Shown one piece after another: positions 27,775-37,826 of a DNA stretch of 64,000 bases; position 1 is the first letter of the stretch; each line of letters opens with the position of its first letter. A model generated the notes under the pieces. The model worked only from the letters and a program-made list of their open reading frames with translations, ran no database searches and was not told the origin of the DNA. The DNA comes from an uncultured Dorea sp. Its GTDB lineage: Bacteria; Bacillota; Clostridia; Lachnospirales; Lachnospiraceae. The stretch covers positions 24,107 through 88,106 of the forward strand of contig CAJUBG010000003.1 in NCBI GenBank assembly GCA_910584575.1, written 5' to 3'. Both the position numbers and the translations under genes were made by a program.

Positions 27775-29394
27775 ATGCAATACGAATTTTTAAAACATTT
27801 CCCCAGAAGAATGAAGAATGTAGGTTTATATGCTTTGCTAATCCAGAACAGCGCCCAGAAGACCACCTGGAAGCAGTATGGCTTCCTGACATTAGGGGAA
27901 CAGTTGAACCTGATTTTCGCGGTAATGCTCTATGTCATGGAGCAGTCTTTGAAGGAAGAACATTGTACCATGGACGATATCGGGGTATATATTGATGCAA
28001 TTAACACACGGCATTTTCGGAAAAGTATGTCCTATGACGAGTGCAGGCAATTAGGGGATTTTGTGGTAAATATTGTTCTGTCCAATGAAGGCAGAGCCAT
28101 GTATTTTGAAGGATTTGACTTTGAGGAGAATGAGTATCAGAAGCTTCATATCAGTTATGTAGCGAATCGAATCATTTACATAGACCAGGAATTCAAGCGC
28201 ACTTCTTACTATCTGACGGACGACGGCTACAATCTTTTGTTGGCGACCCTGGAGATAGAGAATAATATGAAGCTGACCATCCACGAGATGATTTTCCAGA
28301 TGCATCTTGAGAAGCAGAGCTATGACAAGGCTGTGGATGAGATTAAGAATGTGTTTAATCTGCTGAGAATTCAGTTGCAGAAGATTCAGGAGGCTATGGG
28401 GAAGATTCGCAGAAACGCGCTGAATTATTCTGTGAAGGATTATGAGGAGATTTTGCTTGAGAATCTGGATACCATCAGTGATACGAAGCAGAAATTCCAG
28501 AATTACAGGGAGATGGTAAAGAGTCGGGCGCAGGCGTTGGAGGAGGAGAATATTAACGTAAAACGGCTCAGTGAGAAGGAGGAGGAGAGTCTTTCCCATC
28601 TTCGGGTGATTGAGACGTACCTGAACCGGACGATTGATGAACACCAGAAGATTCTGAACAGTCATTTTGACCTTAAGGCTTTATATACAAAGGAGTTGGA
28701 GACGCTGACTCAGATGTCGTTAATCAGAAGATTTCCCCTTCGGACAGAATTGTATGATAAGATTCTTGAGAATCCTAAGGCATTGGAGAAGCTGGATTTT
28801 TTCCTGCGTCCCTTGTTTAACCAGGAACCGGACAAGGTTTATAATCTGAATAAGGCGTTTCAACTCCAGCGTCCGGTGAAGAAGCGTATCGAGGAGGATA
28901 GTGCGGAGGAGTTGGATTTTGATGAGGAGGAATGGATGCGCGAGCAGGAGAGGCTTCGCAGGGAGAAGCTTAAGCGGTATGAGGTAAGCCTTAGGCGGCT
29001 GCTTGGCTATGCGCTTAAGAAGGGGGAGGTATCCCTTCAGGAGATTAGTGCGTTTACGAGGGAACAGGAGGATGAGAGGGAAGAATTGATTCCGAATGTG
29101 GAGATTTTCAAAGAGATTATGGTTGAGTTGATTAAGAATCAGGAGATTGATATTAAGACTCTGGCCAGGGAACGGAGTGAGTATATCCAGGATATGCCAG
29201 GGGAGTTTCAGTTGAATGAGATGCTTTTGCAGCTAGTGGAGGAATATCCGGAATTTCGGGATGTGCGCAGGGTGGAGACTTACCGGATTGAGGATGGAAG
29301 TGTTGTGACGTTTGAAGGGATTTTGAATGAGGATAAGGTAAGAAAGACCATCCGGTGTTCCAATGTGTTGATTCGTGTGGGGCGGGGGAGTTGA
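27775..29394 (+). CDS. jetA: Wadjet JetA-like (MukF/kleisin-type) subunit
   Basis: 539-aa helical protein with winged-helix-like SYYLTDDG motif. Assigned mainly from size and position in the jetD...SMC operon. Confidence 0.65.
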   Translation: MQYEFLKHFPRRMKNVGLYALLIQNSAQKTTWKQYGFLTLGEQLNLIFAVMLYVMEQSLKEEHCTMDDIGVYIDAINTRHFRKSMSYDECRQLGDFVVNIVLSNEGRAMYFEGFDFEENEYQKLHISYVANRIIYIDQEFKRTSYYLTDDGYNLLLATLEIENNMKLTIHEMIFQMHLEKQSYDKAVDEIKNVFNLLRIQLQKIQEAMGKIRRNALNYSVKDYEEILLENLDTISDTKQKFQNYREMVKSRAQALEEENINVKRLSEKEEESLSHLRVIETYLNRTIDEHQKILNSHFDLKALYTKELETLTQMSLIRRFPLRTELYDKILENPKALEKLDFFLRPLFNQEPDKVYNLNKAFQLQRPVKKRIEEDSAEELDFDEEEWMREQERLRREKLKRYEVSLRRLLGYALKKGEVSLQEISAFTREQEDEREELIPNVEIFKEIMVELIKNQEIDIKTLARERSEYIQDMPGEFQLNEMLLQLVEEYPEFRDVRRVETYRIEDGSVVTFEGILNEDKVRKTIRCSNVLIRVGRGS

Positions 29395-29448
29395 GCTGGA
29401 TAAATATGTGGAATAAAGATCAGTCAAATAAGTATTGGAGTATATTAT

Positions 29449-30899
29449 ATGAATATTGTGAATATAGAAAAATTAATTGGGGAAACAACCGAATATGATA
29501 AAAAGCAGGCATTGGAATTCAAGAAGCCTAAAAGCTGGTGTAAAAGTATAAGCGCATTTGCCAATGGAAAAGGAGGCTCTTTAATATTTGGCATTACGAA
29601 TAATAATGAAATTATTGGATTGGAAAATGCGGAAAGAGATGCAGAAATTATCAGTGAAATGATTAAAGTTCATATGAATCCAATTCCTAAAATAAATCTT
29701 AAGTTTTATGAAGCAGATAATGGAAAAAAACTGATTATATTGGATATCTATGCAGGCGAGCAGACGCCATACTACTACGATGGGAATGGTACACTGACTG
29801 CTTTTCGTAGGGTAGGAAATGAAAGTATTCCCGTAACGCCTATGGAATTGAAAGAATTAGTGTTAGAGGAGGAGTTGAATCTTATGATAGCCTTAAATCC
29901 AAGTATTTGTTTAGTGATATGGCTTTTACAAAGCTAAAGTCTGTATACAGACAGAGAACAGGCAATCAGTTTGAAGCTTCTGATTATGCTTCTTTTGGAA
30001 TTATTGATGATGAGGGGAAACTGACAAATGCAGGGGCGCTATTGGCGGATGAATCTCCGATACGCCATTCAAGGCTTTTTTGTACTCGATGGAATGGGCT
30101 GGATAAGGCGTCGGGAGTGGTGGATGCGATTGATGACCATGAGTTTTCAGGCGGACTAATTAACTTGTTGCAAGATGGAACGGAGTTTGTTGCGAATCAT
30201 TCTAAAAAAGCATGGAAGAAGATACCGGATGGCCGTATCGAGATGCCAGAGTATCCGGAACGAGCAGTATTAGAAGGAATTGTTAATGCATTAATACATC
30301 GTAATTATCTGGAGGTCGGAAGCGAGATTCATATTGATATGTTTGATGACAGGTTAGAAATATATTCTCCAGGTGGAATGTTTGACGGAACAAGGGTGCA
30401 GGATCGGGATTTAATGAATATTCCATCCAGAAGGAGGAATCCTGTTATCGCTGATATTTTTAGTCGCCTAAAATATATGGATAGGAGAGGGAGTGGATTT
30501 AAAAAAATTATTGGTGATTATAGGCAGCAGCCGCAATATGAAGAACATATGAAACCGGAATTTAATTCTGATTACGACCAGTTTATTTTGGTTCTTAAAA
30601 ATTTAAACTACCATTTAAATTTTACTGGTAGTGATGAAAAAACTACTAAGAAAACTATGAAGAAAATAGTTATAAAAACTACCAGGAAAAAGAATGAAAA
30701 AAACATAAACGAAATTATAAATATGATGCTAAAAAATCCCCAAATTACAGTGAAAGAGATGGCAGAAATACTAGGGATTACTGTGGATGGAGTGCGTTAT
30801 CACATAAAAAAGCTAAAAGCATCCGGCAGAATTGAGAGGGTTGGCCCTGATCGTGGAGGGAGTTGGAAGGTAAACTACCAAGAAAAACTACCAAGATAA
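29449..30899 (+). pseudogene. AlbA_2/Schlafen + HATPase_c_4 + HTH protein, split by a 1-nt frameshift
   Basis: GETTEYDKK and SAFANGKGGSLIFGI in the first ORF. EGIVNALIHRNY, IYSPGG, RRNPVIA, RGSG and an HTH in the second. Frames join near 29866 (TTAGAGGAGGAGTTGAATCTTATGAT). Confidence 0.8.
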
Positions 30900-30956
30900 C
30901 TACCAAGAAGCTTGAAAGGTGATTAACTATATAAAAAGTTATAAGGAGTAAAAAAT

Positions 30957-31673
30957 ATGGCTTATGAATTAGACGAAGTCCGAACCAGCCAGGAGATTTT
31001 CTATTACCTCCTAGAGCATCATGAACTCTGTGAGGATGAAGAAATGCAGCTTTACAGGGCATATACCGAGCAGGAGGAGATTCAAAACCTGGTAAAATCC
31101 CAGGGAGAGATTGCCGAGAGCCGGATTGAACGGTACGGCAACGTAATCTATCTCATCCCAAAAGAAGATAATTATTTCCTGGGATTTTCCAAGGCGCAGC
31201 TTAAGGCTGCCCTCTGCAAATCCTCCGGCACAGACAAGGACTATTACCTGTCTCAGTTCGTAGTGCTGACTCTTTTGGTGGAATTCTTCGACGGACAGGG
31301 AAGCAGCAGTAAGGCAAGAGAATATATGCGGGTGGGAGAGCTGCAGAACTGTATCTCCAACCGCCTGAAGGAAGGCGCCGAGAGTATGGACGAAGAACAG
31401 GAGGAGAAGGCAGGGATTGCATTTTCCAATATGTTGGAAGCCTACGAGGCGCTGCGGTCAGATGATAAAGGTTCAAGGGCCAGGACGACTAAGGAGGGCT
31501 TCCTTCATTCGATTCTGATATTCCTGCAGAAGCAGGGTTTGGTTGAGTACGTAGAAGCTGACGAGATGATTAAGACCACGAAGAAGCTGGATAATTTTAT
31601 GGACTGGAATCTGCTGAACCAGAATCACTACCAGAGAGTGCTAAGGGTACTGGGGGTGACGGAGGATGAGTAA
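30957..31673 (+). CDS. jetB: Wadjet JetB-like (MukE-type, DUF6063-like) subunit
   Basis: 238-aa ORF overlapping the SMC gene start. Size and position fit. Confidence 0.65.
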   Translation: MAYELDEVRTSQEIFYYLLEHHELCEDEEMQLYRAYTEQEEIQNLVKSQGEIAESRIERYGNVIYLIPKEDNYFLGFSKAQLKAALCKSSGTDKDYYLSQFVVLTLLVEFFDGQGSSSKAREYMRVGELQNCISNRLKEGAESMDEEQEEKAGIAFSNMLEAYEALRSDDKGSRARTTKEGFLHSILIFLQKQGLVEYVEADEMIKTTKKLDNFMDWNLLNQNHYQRVLRVLGVTEDE

Positions 31674-34600
31674 AATCAATGCCATCAGGCTGATTAATGT
31701 GAATTATAATCATAATGCCATCCGTGTCAGCGACGAGTGTTTTCATCTGAACGGCGAGAGTACCCTTCTTTCCCTTAGAAACGGAGGCGGGAAGTCGGTT
31801 CTGGTTCAGATGGTTACCGCGCCCTTTGTACATAAGAGGTACCGAGACGCCAAAGACCGTCCCTTTGAGAGCTATTTTACCACGAATAAGCCCTCCTTTA
31901 TCCTTGTGGAATGGGTATTGGACGGCGGGGCAGGCTATGTGCTAACAGGGATGATGGTAAGAAGGAGTCAGGAGGCAGGCGAGGGAAACGCAGAGAACCT
32001 GGAGATGGTCAACATAATCAGCGAATACAGAGAACCCTGTATCCAGGATATCCATCATCTTCCTGTGGTTGAGAAGGGAAAGAAGGAGATTGTCCTTAAG
32101 AATTTCGCGGCGTGCAGGCAGATGTTTGAGTCGTACAAGAAGGACCGTTCCATGAGCTTCTTCTATTATGATATGGCCAATCCCGCCCAATCCAGGCAGT
32201 ATTTTGACAAATTAATGGAGTACCAGATTCACTATAAGGAGTGGGAGACCATTATCAAGAAGGTGAACCTTAAGGAGTCAGGGCTGTCGGATTTGTTCGC
32301 GGATTGCAGGGATGAGAAGGGACTGGTAGAGAAATGGTTTCTGGATGCTGTGGAGAGCAAGCTGAATAAAGAGAGAAACCGTATGAAGGAGTTTCAGGCC
32401 ATTCTTGAGAAATATGTGGGGCAGTACAAGGATAACCAGACTAAGATTAAGAGGCGTGATATCATACGCGAGTTTAAGGTAGAAGCGGAAAAGCTTCAGG
32501 AAAAGGCGGAGGATTATCAGGCTAAGAGCAGTCAGGCCAGGCGCCAGGAGAATCTGGTCGCCCGATTTATCGCTGAACTTTTGCGGCTTCATGAGCAGGC
32601 GGAGGGGGAGTATCAGGGAATTCTTGGAAAGATAGAGTGGATTCGAGGACAGTTAGCCAGAGTGGAGTTTGAAAAGCTGTCCGGTGAAATCCATCAGTTA
32701 GAGAAGGAACTGCGTTTCCATCTGAGTAATCGGGAAATGATTGAGATTGAGAAGGAAGAACTTGAGATTAAGGAAAAAAGAGTTTTCCGTAAACTGCGCC
32801 TTCTGGACTGTGCGAAGCAGCAGAAAGCCACTGAGCATGAGCAGGGTGAACTGGAACTGATTCGCCAGAAGCTTCTTGTATCCAGGAAGAAGGAGGAGGA
32901 CCTGGAACCGGAAAGAAATGCCCTGGGATATACTCTGAGGCGTTATTATGAAGCGCGTCTTTTTGAAAATGAGGAAAAGTTAAGGGAAAATGAGGAGGCG
33001 GCCAAGGCGGCAGCATCAGAGCTGTCTAAGGTAGAAGGGAGGCTTTTAGAGCTTTCAGAGAATTTAATTGAAAATGCGTCGCGCTCAGGCGGACTTAAGA
33101 GCGCGGCGGCATCCTATGACCGGACGGAGGATGGGTATAATCAGCGTTATGGAGAGGAATTACTCCGCAATATTCTCGGCGTGTATGAAGCAGGGCTGCT
33201 TGAAATCCACAGGCAGGATTATAAGAAGGAGTTGGAGGCATGTACCCGTTTGCGCCTGTCGCTTAAGAAGCAGCGTGAGCAGGCGGTGGCGAGAAGCCGG
33301 AGTATTGAGCGTGAGCAGCAGGATTTGCGTTCTAAGCTGCTTCAGGGGAAGCTGGAGTTAGAGCAGCAGGAGGGTGTGCGGCAGGAATATGAGCAAGAGC
33401 TGGAAGCCCGAAGGATTGTGTTGCGGTATCTGAATCTGGAGGAGGCGGTAATTTTTGACAAGGGTAAGCTTCTGCATGCGTCAGAGAGAAAATTGTTGGA
33501 GATTGCCGGATTCCGCCGCAATCTTGAGAAGGAGGAGGACATTTTACAGAAGGAGTATCAACGTCTGACTCAAGGGAAGGTGCTGGAATTGCCGGAGGAG
33601 ATAGAGAGAGGGCTTTTGGACCTTGGAATCCATGTAGTCTATGGAATGGAGTGGCTGGCGAAGAATGGTTATTCCGAGCAGCAGAATATAGAGCTGGTGC
33701 GCTGCCATCCGTTTTTACCCTATGCCTTGATTTTGTCCCAGGCTGAGGTGCAGAAATTATCCCGAAATATGGATGGAATCTATACGTCGTTTCCGATTCC
33801 CATTGTGGCGCGGGAGATTCTGGAGGGAAGCAAGGCAGAGCGCGCCAAGGGCATGATAAATCTTGAGGGCGTCAGCTTCTATGTCTGGTTTAATGAGAAT
33901 CTGCTGAATGAAGAAAAGCTTAAGCTTCTGGTGCAGGAGAAGGAGAGGCAGATTGCGAAAAAGAGGGAGGCTATTGCCATCCGGCAGGCGGAATATACAG
34001 AGTATTTTGAACGCCAGGAGTTGATTCGCAACCAGCAGGTCAGCAAGGAGAAGTGGGAGGCCAATGAGAAGCTGCGAAAAGAGCTTGGCGAACGGCTTCA
34101 GAAGCAGGAGAAAGAGCTGCGGGCAGGTGCGGAGGAGTTGGCAGAGCTTAAGGGAAGGCTTGAAGAACTGGAAAACAATATCCGCAATGCGGACCGTGAG
34201 GTTGGGTATCAGCAGAGAAGGCTTGAGGATTTTGAACGGCTTTGCGAGGATTATGAGACGTATGAACAGAAGCTAAAAGAGCTGGAACGATGTAAGAAAG
34301 AGGCCAAGAAGCTCTCTGAGAAGCAAAAGCTGTGCCAGAACCAGCAGGAGAGCTTAAGAGAACGGCAAAAGACAGGAGAGATAGAGAGAAGCAATCTGAT
34401 TCGGGAGGGAGATGAGCTTAGGAAGGAGGGGCAGAAATATCATAGTTATGAGAGCGAGGAGAGCCCTGAACCAGATGGTGGAGATTTCGGGAACATCATG
34501 GAGATGAAGGCGCGCTACGCTGCAATCACTTCTGCTATGTCCCAGGAAATCCAAGAGCTTGAGGACCAAGAGCACCGCCTGGCCGCCCGTTGCCAGGAGG

Positions 34601-36078
34601 CGTTAGATGAGCTTAAACATTTGCAGAGGGATTACGGGCTTGCCAGTGAAGAATGGAGGCAGGTGAGTTATAGCCGCGAAGAAAAATCCCATCAGGAGAT
34701 TATGCTGGAGGATTTAAGGCAGAAGCTTGCCGTGAAGGAAAGACTTTGGAATGACGAGGATAAGCAGGCAGCCGTGGTGAACCAGCAGATGAAAGAACGC
34801 CTTGGGAGGATGAAGCAGGAGTGCGGCGAGGAAACGCCTTTGCCAAAGGAAGAAATCCAGAATCAGGATTTTGACGCAAGGAGGAATCAGTTCCGCTATC
34901 AGGAGAAGGAGGCGGCAAAACAGGCGGAGGTCTGGAGGGAACGGCTCAGAAGCTATGATGAGAATCTGACAGCCCTCTCTGAGTACAGTGAATTTCCCCT
35001 GGGAGATGAGGTGGAGTGGCAGCAGGATTTCGGAGAGATGGATGCAAAGAGCCTTCGCAATTTTAAAGGTATTCTGCTTCGGGATTATAACCAGATGCTT
35101 CGTGACTGTCGGGAGGCCAGGGACGCGCTTACCCGTCTGCTCAATCAGGTAGTACGCATGGATAAGTTTCAGGAGGATTTCTATAAGAAGCCTTTAGAGT
35201 CAATGCTGGAGTTGACCGCAGACGCATCCGCGGTTCTTCGGCAGTTGGAGACAACCGTACAGTCCTATGACAGTCTGATGGAGAAGCTGGAGGTGGACAT
35301 TTCCCTTGTGGAGAAGGAGAAGCACAAGATTGTGGAGTTAATGGAGGATTATATCCGCGAGGTACATCAAAACCTGTGCAGGATTGACCATAATTCTACG
35401 ATTACCATCCGAGAGCGTCCGGTGAAGATGCTGAAAATCGGGCTTCCACAGTGGGAGGAGAATGAGAATCTATATCAGCTTCGCCTTCAGGATATGATAG
35501 ATGAGATTACCCAGAAGGGACTTTGTCTATTTGAGCAGAATGAAAATGCACAGGAGTATTTTGGAACCCAGATTACCACGAGAAATCTCTATGATACGGT
35601 AGTGGGTATCGGCAATGTGCAGATTCGGCTGTATAAGATAGAGGCGTTAAGGGAGTATCCTATTACCTGGGCGGAGGTGGCGAAAAACTCAGGGGGAGAA
35701 GGCTTCCTGTCGGCGTTTGTTATTCTGTCAAGCCTCTTGTATTATATGCGCAAGGATGATACAGATATTTTTGCAGACCAGAATGAAGGGAAGGTCCTGG
35801 TTATGGATAATCCCTTTGCCCAGACGAATGCGTCCCATCTGCTGAAGCCGCTGATGGAGGTGGCGAAAAAGACGAACACGCAGCTAGTATGTCTGACTGG
35901 CCTTGGCGGGGAGTCGATTTACAGCCGTTTTGATAATATTTACGTGCTGAACCTGATTGCGGCAAGCCTTAGAAACGGGATGCAATATCTGAAGGCAGAC
36001 CATTTGCGGGGAAATGAGCCGGAGACCATGATTGTGTCTCAGATTGAAGTCATGGAACAGCAGGAGTTAGTATTTTAG
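31666..36078 (+). CDS. jetC: Wadjet JetC-like SMC ATPase
   Basis: Walker A RNGGGKS, long coiled coils, signature NSGGE, Walker B/D-loop VLVMDNPF. Confidence 0.85.
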   Translation: MSKINAIRLINVNYNHNAIRVSDECFHLNGESTLLSLRNGGGKSVLVQMVTAPFVHKRYRDAKDRPFESYFTTNKPSFILVEWVLDGGAGYVLTGMMVRRSQEAGEGNAENLEMVNIISEYREPCIQDIHHLPVVEKGKKEIVLKNFAACRQMFESYKKDRSMSFFYYDMANPAQSRQYFDKLMEYQIHYKEWETIIKKVNLKESGLSDLFADCRDEKGLVEKWFLDAVESKLNKERNRMKEFQAILEKYVGQYKDNQTKIKRRDIIREFKVEAEKLQEKAEDYQAKSSQARRQENLVARFIAELLRLHEQAEGEYQGILGKIEWIRGQLARVEFEKLSGEIHQLEKELRFHLSNREMIEIEKEELEIKEKRVFRKLRLLDCAKQQKATEHEQGELELIRQKLLVSRKKEEDLEPERNALGYTLRRYYEARLFENEEKLRENEEAAKAAASELSKVEGRLLELSENLIENASRSGGLKSAAASYDRTEDGYNQRYGEELLRNILGVYEAGLLEIHRQDYKKELEACTRLRLSLKKQREQAVARSRSIEREQQDLRSKLLQGKLELEQQEGVRQEYEQELEARRIVLRYLNLEEAVIFDKGKLLHASERKLLEIAGFRRNLEKEEDILQKEYQRLTQGKVLELPEEIERGLLDLGIHVVYGMEWLAKNGYSEQQNIELVRCHPFLPYALILSQAEVQKLSRNMDGIYTSFPIPIVAREILEGSKAERAKGMINLEGVSFYVWFNENLLNEEKLKLLVQEKERQIAKKREAIAIRQAEYTEYFERQELIRNQQVSKEKWEANEKLRKELGERLQKQEKELRAGAEELAELKGRLEELENNIRNADREVGYQQRRLEDFERLCEDYETYEQKLKELERCKKEAKKLSEKQKLCQNQQESLRERQKTGEIERSNLIREGDELRKEGQKYHSYESEESPEPDGGDFGNIMEMKARYAAITSAMSQEIQELEDQEHRLAARCQEALDELKHLQRDYGLASEEWRQVSYSREEKSHQEIMLEDLRQKLAVKERLWNDEDKQAAVVNQQMKERLGRMKQECGEETPLPKEEIQNQDFDARRNQFRYQEKEAAKQAEVWRERLRSYDENLTALSEYSEFPLGDEVEWQQDFGEMDAKSLRNFKGILLRDYNQMLRDCREARDALTRLLNQVVRMDKFQEDFYKKPLESMLELTADASAVLRQLETTVQSYDSLMEKLEVDISLVEKEKHKIVELMEDYIREVHQNLCRIDHNSTITIRERPVKMLKIGLPQWEENENLYQLRLQDMIDEITQKGLCLFEQNENAQEYFGTQITTRNLYDTVVGIGNVQIRLYKIEALREYPITWAEVAKNSGGEGFLSAFVILSSLLYYMRKDDTDIFADQNEGKVLVMDNPFAQTNASHLLKPLMEVAKKTNTQLVCLTGLGGESIYSRFDNIYVLNLIAASLRNGMQYLKADHLRGNEPETMIVSQIEVMEQQELVF

Positions 36079-36110
36079 AAAAAAAGGAAGTAGTAGTGAG
36101 GAGTGGGAAA

Positions 36111-36752
36111 ATGGCAAGATATGTGAAAGAAATGGTGTTAAACAAGCCGGATGATTTTGTACAGTTTATTATGAATGATTTTCTGCGGAAAAACAGCTTC
36201 GTGATGGCTGACTGGAAGGGAGAACCTGCATACCGTACCGGAGACGCGATGATGGAGGGGTATAAGTATCTGAAGTGGTATTACAGTAACGGTGTTTTCC
36301 ATCTGGAGGCGTGGATGAAGGGAACCTTCGGCGGAGAGTGGAACCTGGACGGTTTTGTGGGATGTATGCAGAAGAAGCCATACAGAGAGAGCCTTGAGCA
36401 GTTATTTGTGGCTCTTAACCAGCCGATTCCCATGCCCCAGGGGATGCCTGGGAACCAGGGAGGCCAGCCCTGCCAGAATGTTGTGCCCGTACATACTGTG
36501 GATAATTCCGGCGCGGCTACCATGGGGCTTGTGTTCGGGATTCTAAGCATTGTCTTTGCGTTTTTGATACCGATTGTGAGCATTCTGCTGGCATGTCTCG
36601 GATTTTCAAGGGCAAGAATGGGCGCGGGCTCAAGCAAGTCCGGACAGGCGAAGGTGGGAAAGATTCTCTGCATCATCGGGCTTCTCGCGGCGATTGTGAT
36701 GTGGGGCTTGAATATTCTGCTGCTTATTCCGACGGTGGGAAGTTTTTATTAG
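36111..36752 (+). CDS. Membrane protein (C-terminal DUF4190-like hydrophobic hairpin)
   Basis: ATMGLVFGILSI...AKVGKILCIIG hydrophobic segments. Confidence 0.7.
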   Translation: MARYVKEMVLNKPDDFVQFIMNDFLRKNSFVMADWKGEPAYRTGDAMMEGYKYLKWYYSNGVFHLEAWMKGTFGGEWNLDGFVGCMQKKPYRESLEQLFVALNQPIPMPQGMPGNQGGQPCQNVVPVHTVDNSGAATMGLVFGILSIVFAFLIPIVSILLACLGFSRARMGAGSSKSGQAKVGKILCIIGLLAAIVMWGLNILLLIPTVGSFY

Positions 36753-36860
36753 GATTAAGCCGCTTCCATTGGAGACGAAAATAGAACACTTCACGCAAAA
36801 ACGAAACAAAATCTCCCATTTTATGATATACTATTGCCAGCAAAGAAGGGAGAAAAGCAG

Positions 36861-37826
36861 ATGAGTTTAGAAGTAAAGAATTTGTCAAAAAAATACGGTG
36901 AAAAAACAGTGGTAGAGAATTTAAGCTTCGAGATGAAGAAGCCGGGCGTATTTGCCTTGCTCGGAACAAACGGAGCCGGAAAGACTACATCAATCCGTAT
37001 GATGCTGAATATGCTTTCGCGGGACACCGGAGAGGTGCTCTGGATGGGCGCGCCTCTTGATACGGCAACCTGCAATGTGGGTTATCTTGCAGAGGAGAGG
37101 GGGTTGTACCCGAAGTATACGCTGATGGATCAGCTTATCTATTTTGCCGGTCTGAGAGGGATTCCCAAGGCAGAGGCAAAGAAGCGAATCCGTTACTGGG
37201 CCGAGAGGCTTGAGGTAGAAGAATACCTGTATCCCCAGGCGCCGAAATCAGAAGACGAAAAGGGCAGGCGGAAACGCGCGAAAGCGCAGCCCCCCAAAAA
37301 GGCGGATCAGCTTTCCAAGGGGAATCAGCAGAAGATTCAGTTCATGACTGCGCTCTTGCCGGACCCAGACCTGTTGATTCTGGATGAGCCCCTTTCCGGT
37401 CTTGACCCTGTGAATACGGATTTATTTAAGGGCATTATCCGAGACGAGATTGAGAAAGGAAAATATCTGATTATGTCCAGCCATCAGATGGCTACTGTGG
37501 AGGAATTCTGTACTGATATTATTATATTGAATCGTTCTAAGACGGTTCTTCAGGGGCATCTGAATGAGATTAAAAAGAGCTATGGCCGGATTAACCTGCT
37601 GCTAAAAACGGAGACGGATGTGACAGACTTAATCAGGCAGCAGGGATTGAATTTAGTTTCTGCAAAAGAATGTGAGTATCAGATAAAAGTAACCGGAGAT
37701 GAGCAGGCGAATGGATTTTTGAAGCTCTTAATCGAGAAGGGAGTTACAGTGGTCACATTCAGCCTTCGCGAGCCGTCTCTCCATGAGATTTTCGTGGAGA
37801 AAGTAGGTGATTCACATGAAGCTTAA
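36861..37826 (+). CDS. ABC exporter ATP-binding subunit (NatA/YhaQ-like)
   Basis: GTNGAGKTT, LSKGNQQK, LILDEP, SSH. Confidence 0.9.
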   Translation: MSLEVKNLSKKYGEKTVVENLSFEMKKPGVFALLGTNGAGKTTSIRMMLNMLSRDTGEVLWMGAPLDTATCNVGYLAEERGLYPKYTLMDQLIYFAGLRGIPKAEAKKRIRYWAERLEVEEYLYPQAPKSEDEKGRRKRAKAQPPKKADQLSKGNQQKIQFMTALLPDPDLLILDEPLSGLDPVNTDLFKGIIRDEIEKGKYLIMSSHQMATVEEFCTDIIILNRSKTVLQGHLNEIKKSYGRINLLLKTETDVTDLIRQQGLNLVSAKECEYQIKVTGDEQANGFLKLLIEKGVTVVTFSLREPSLHEIFVEKVGDSHEA

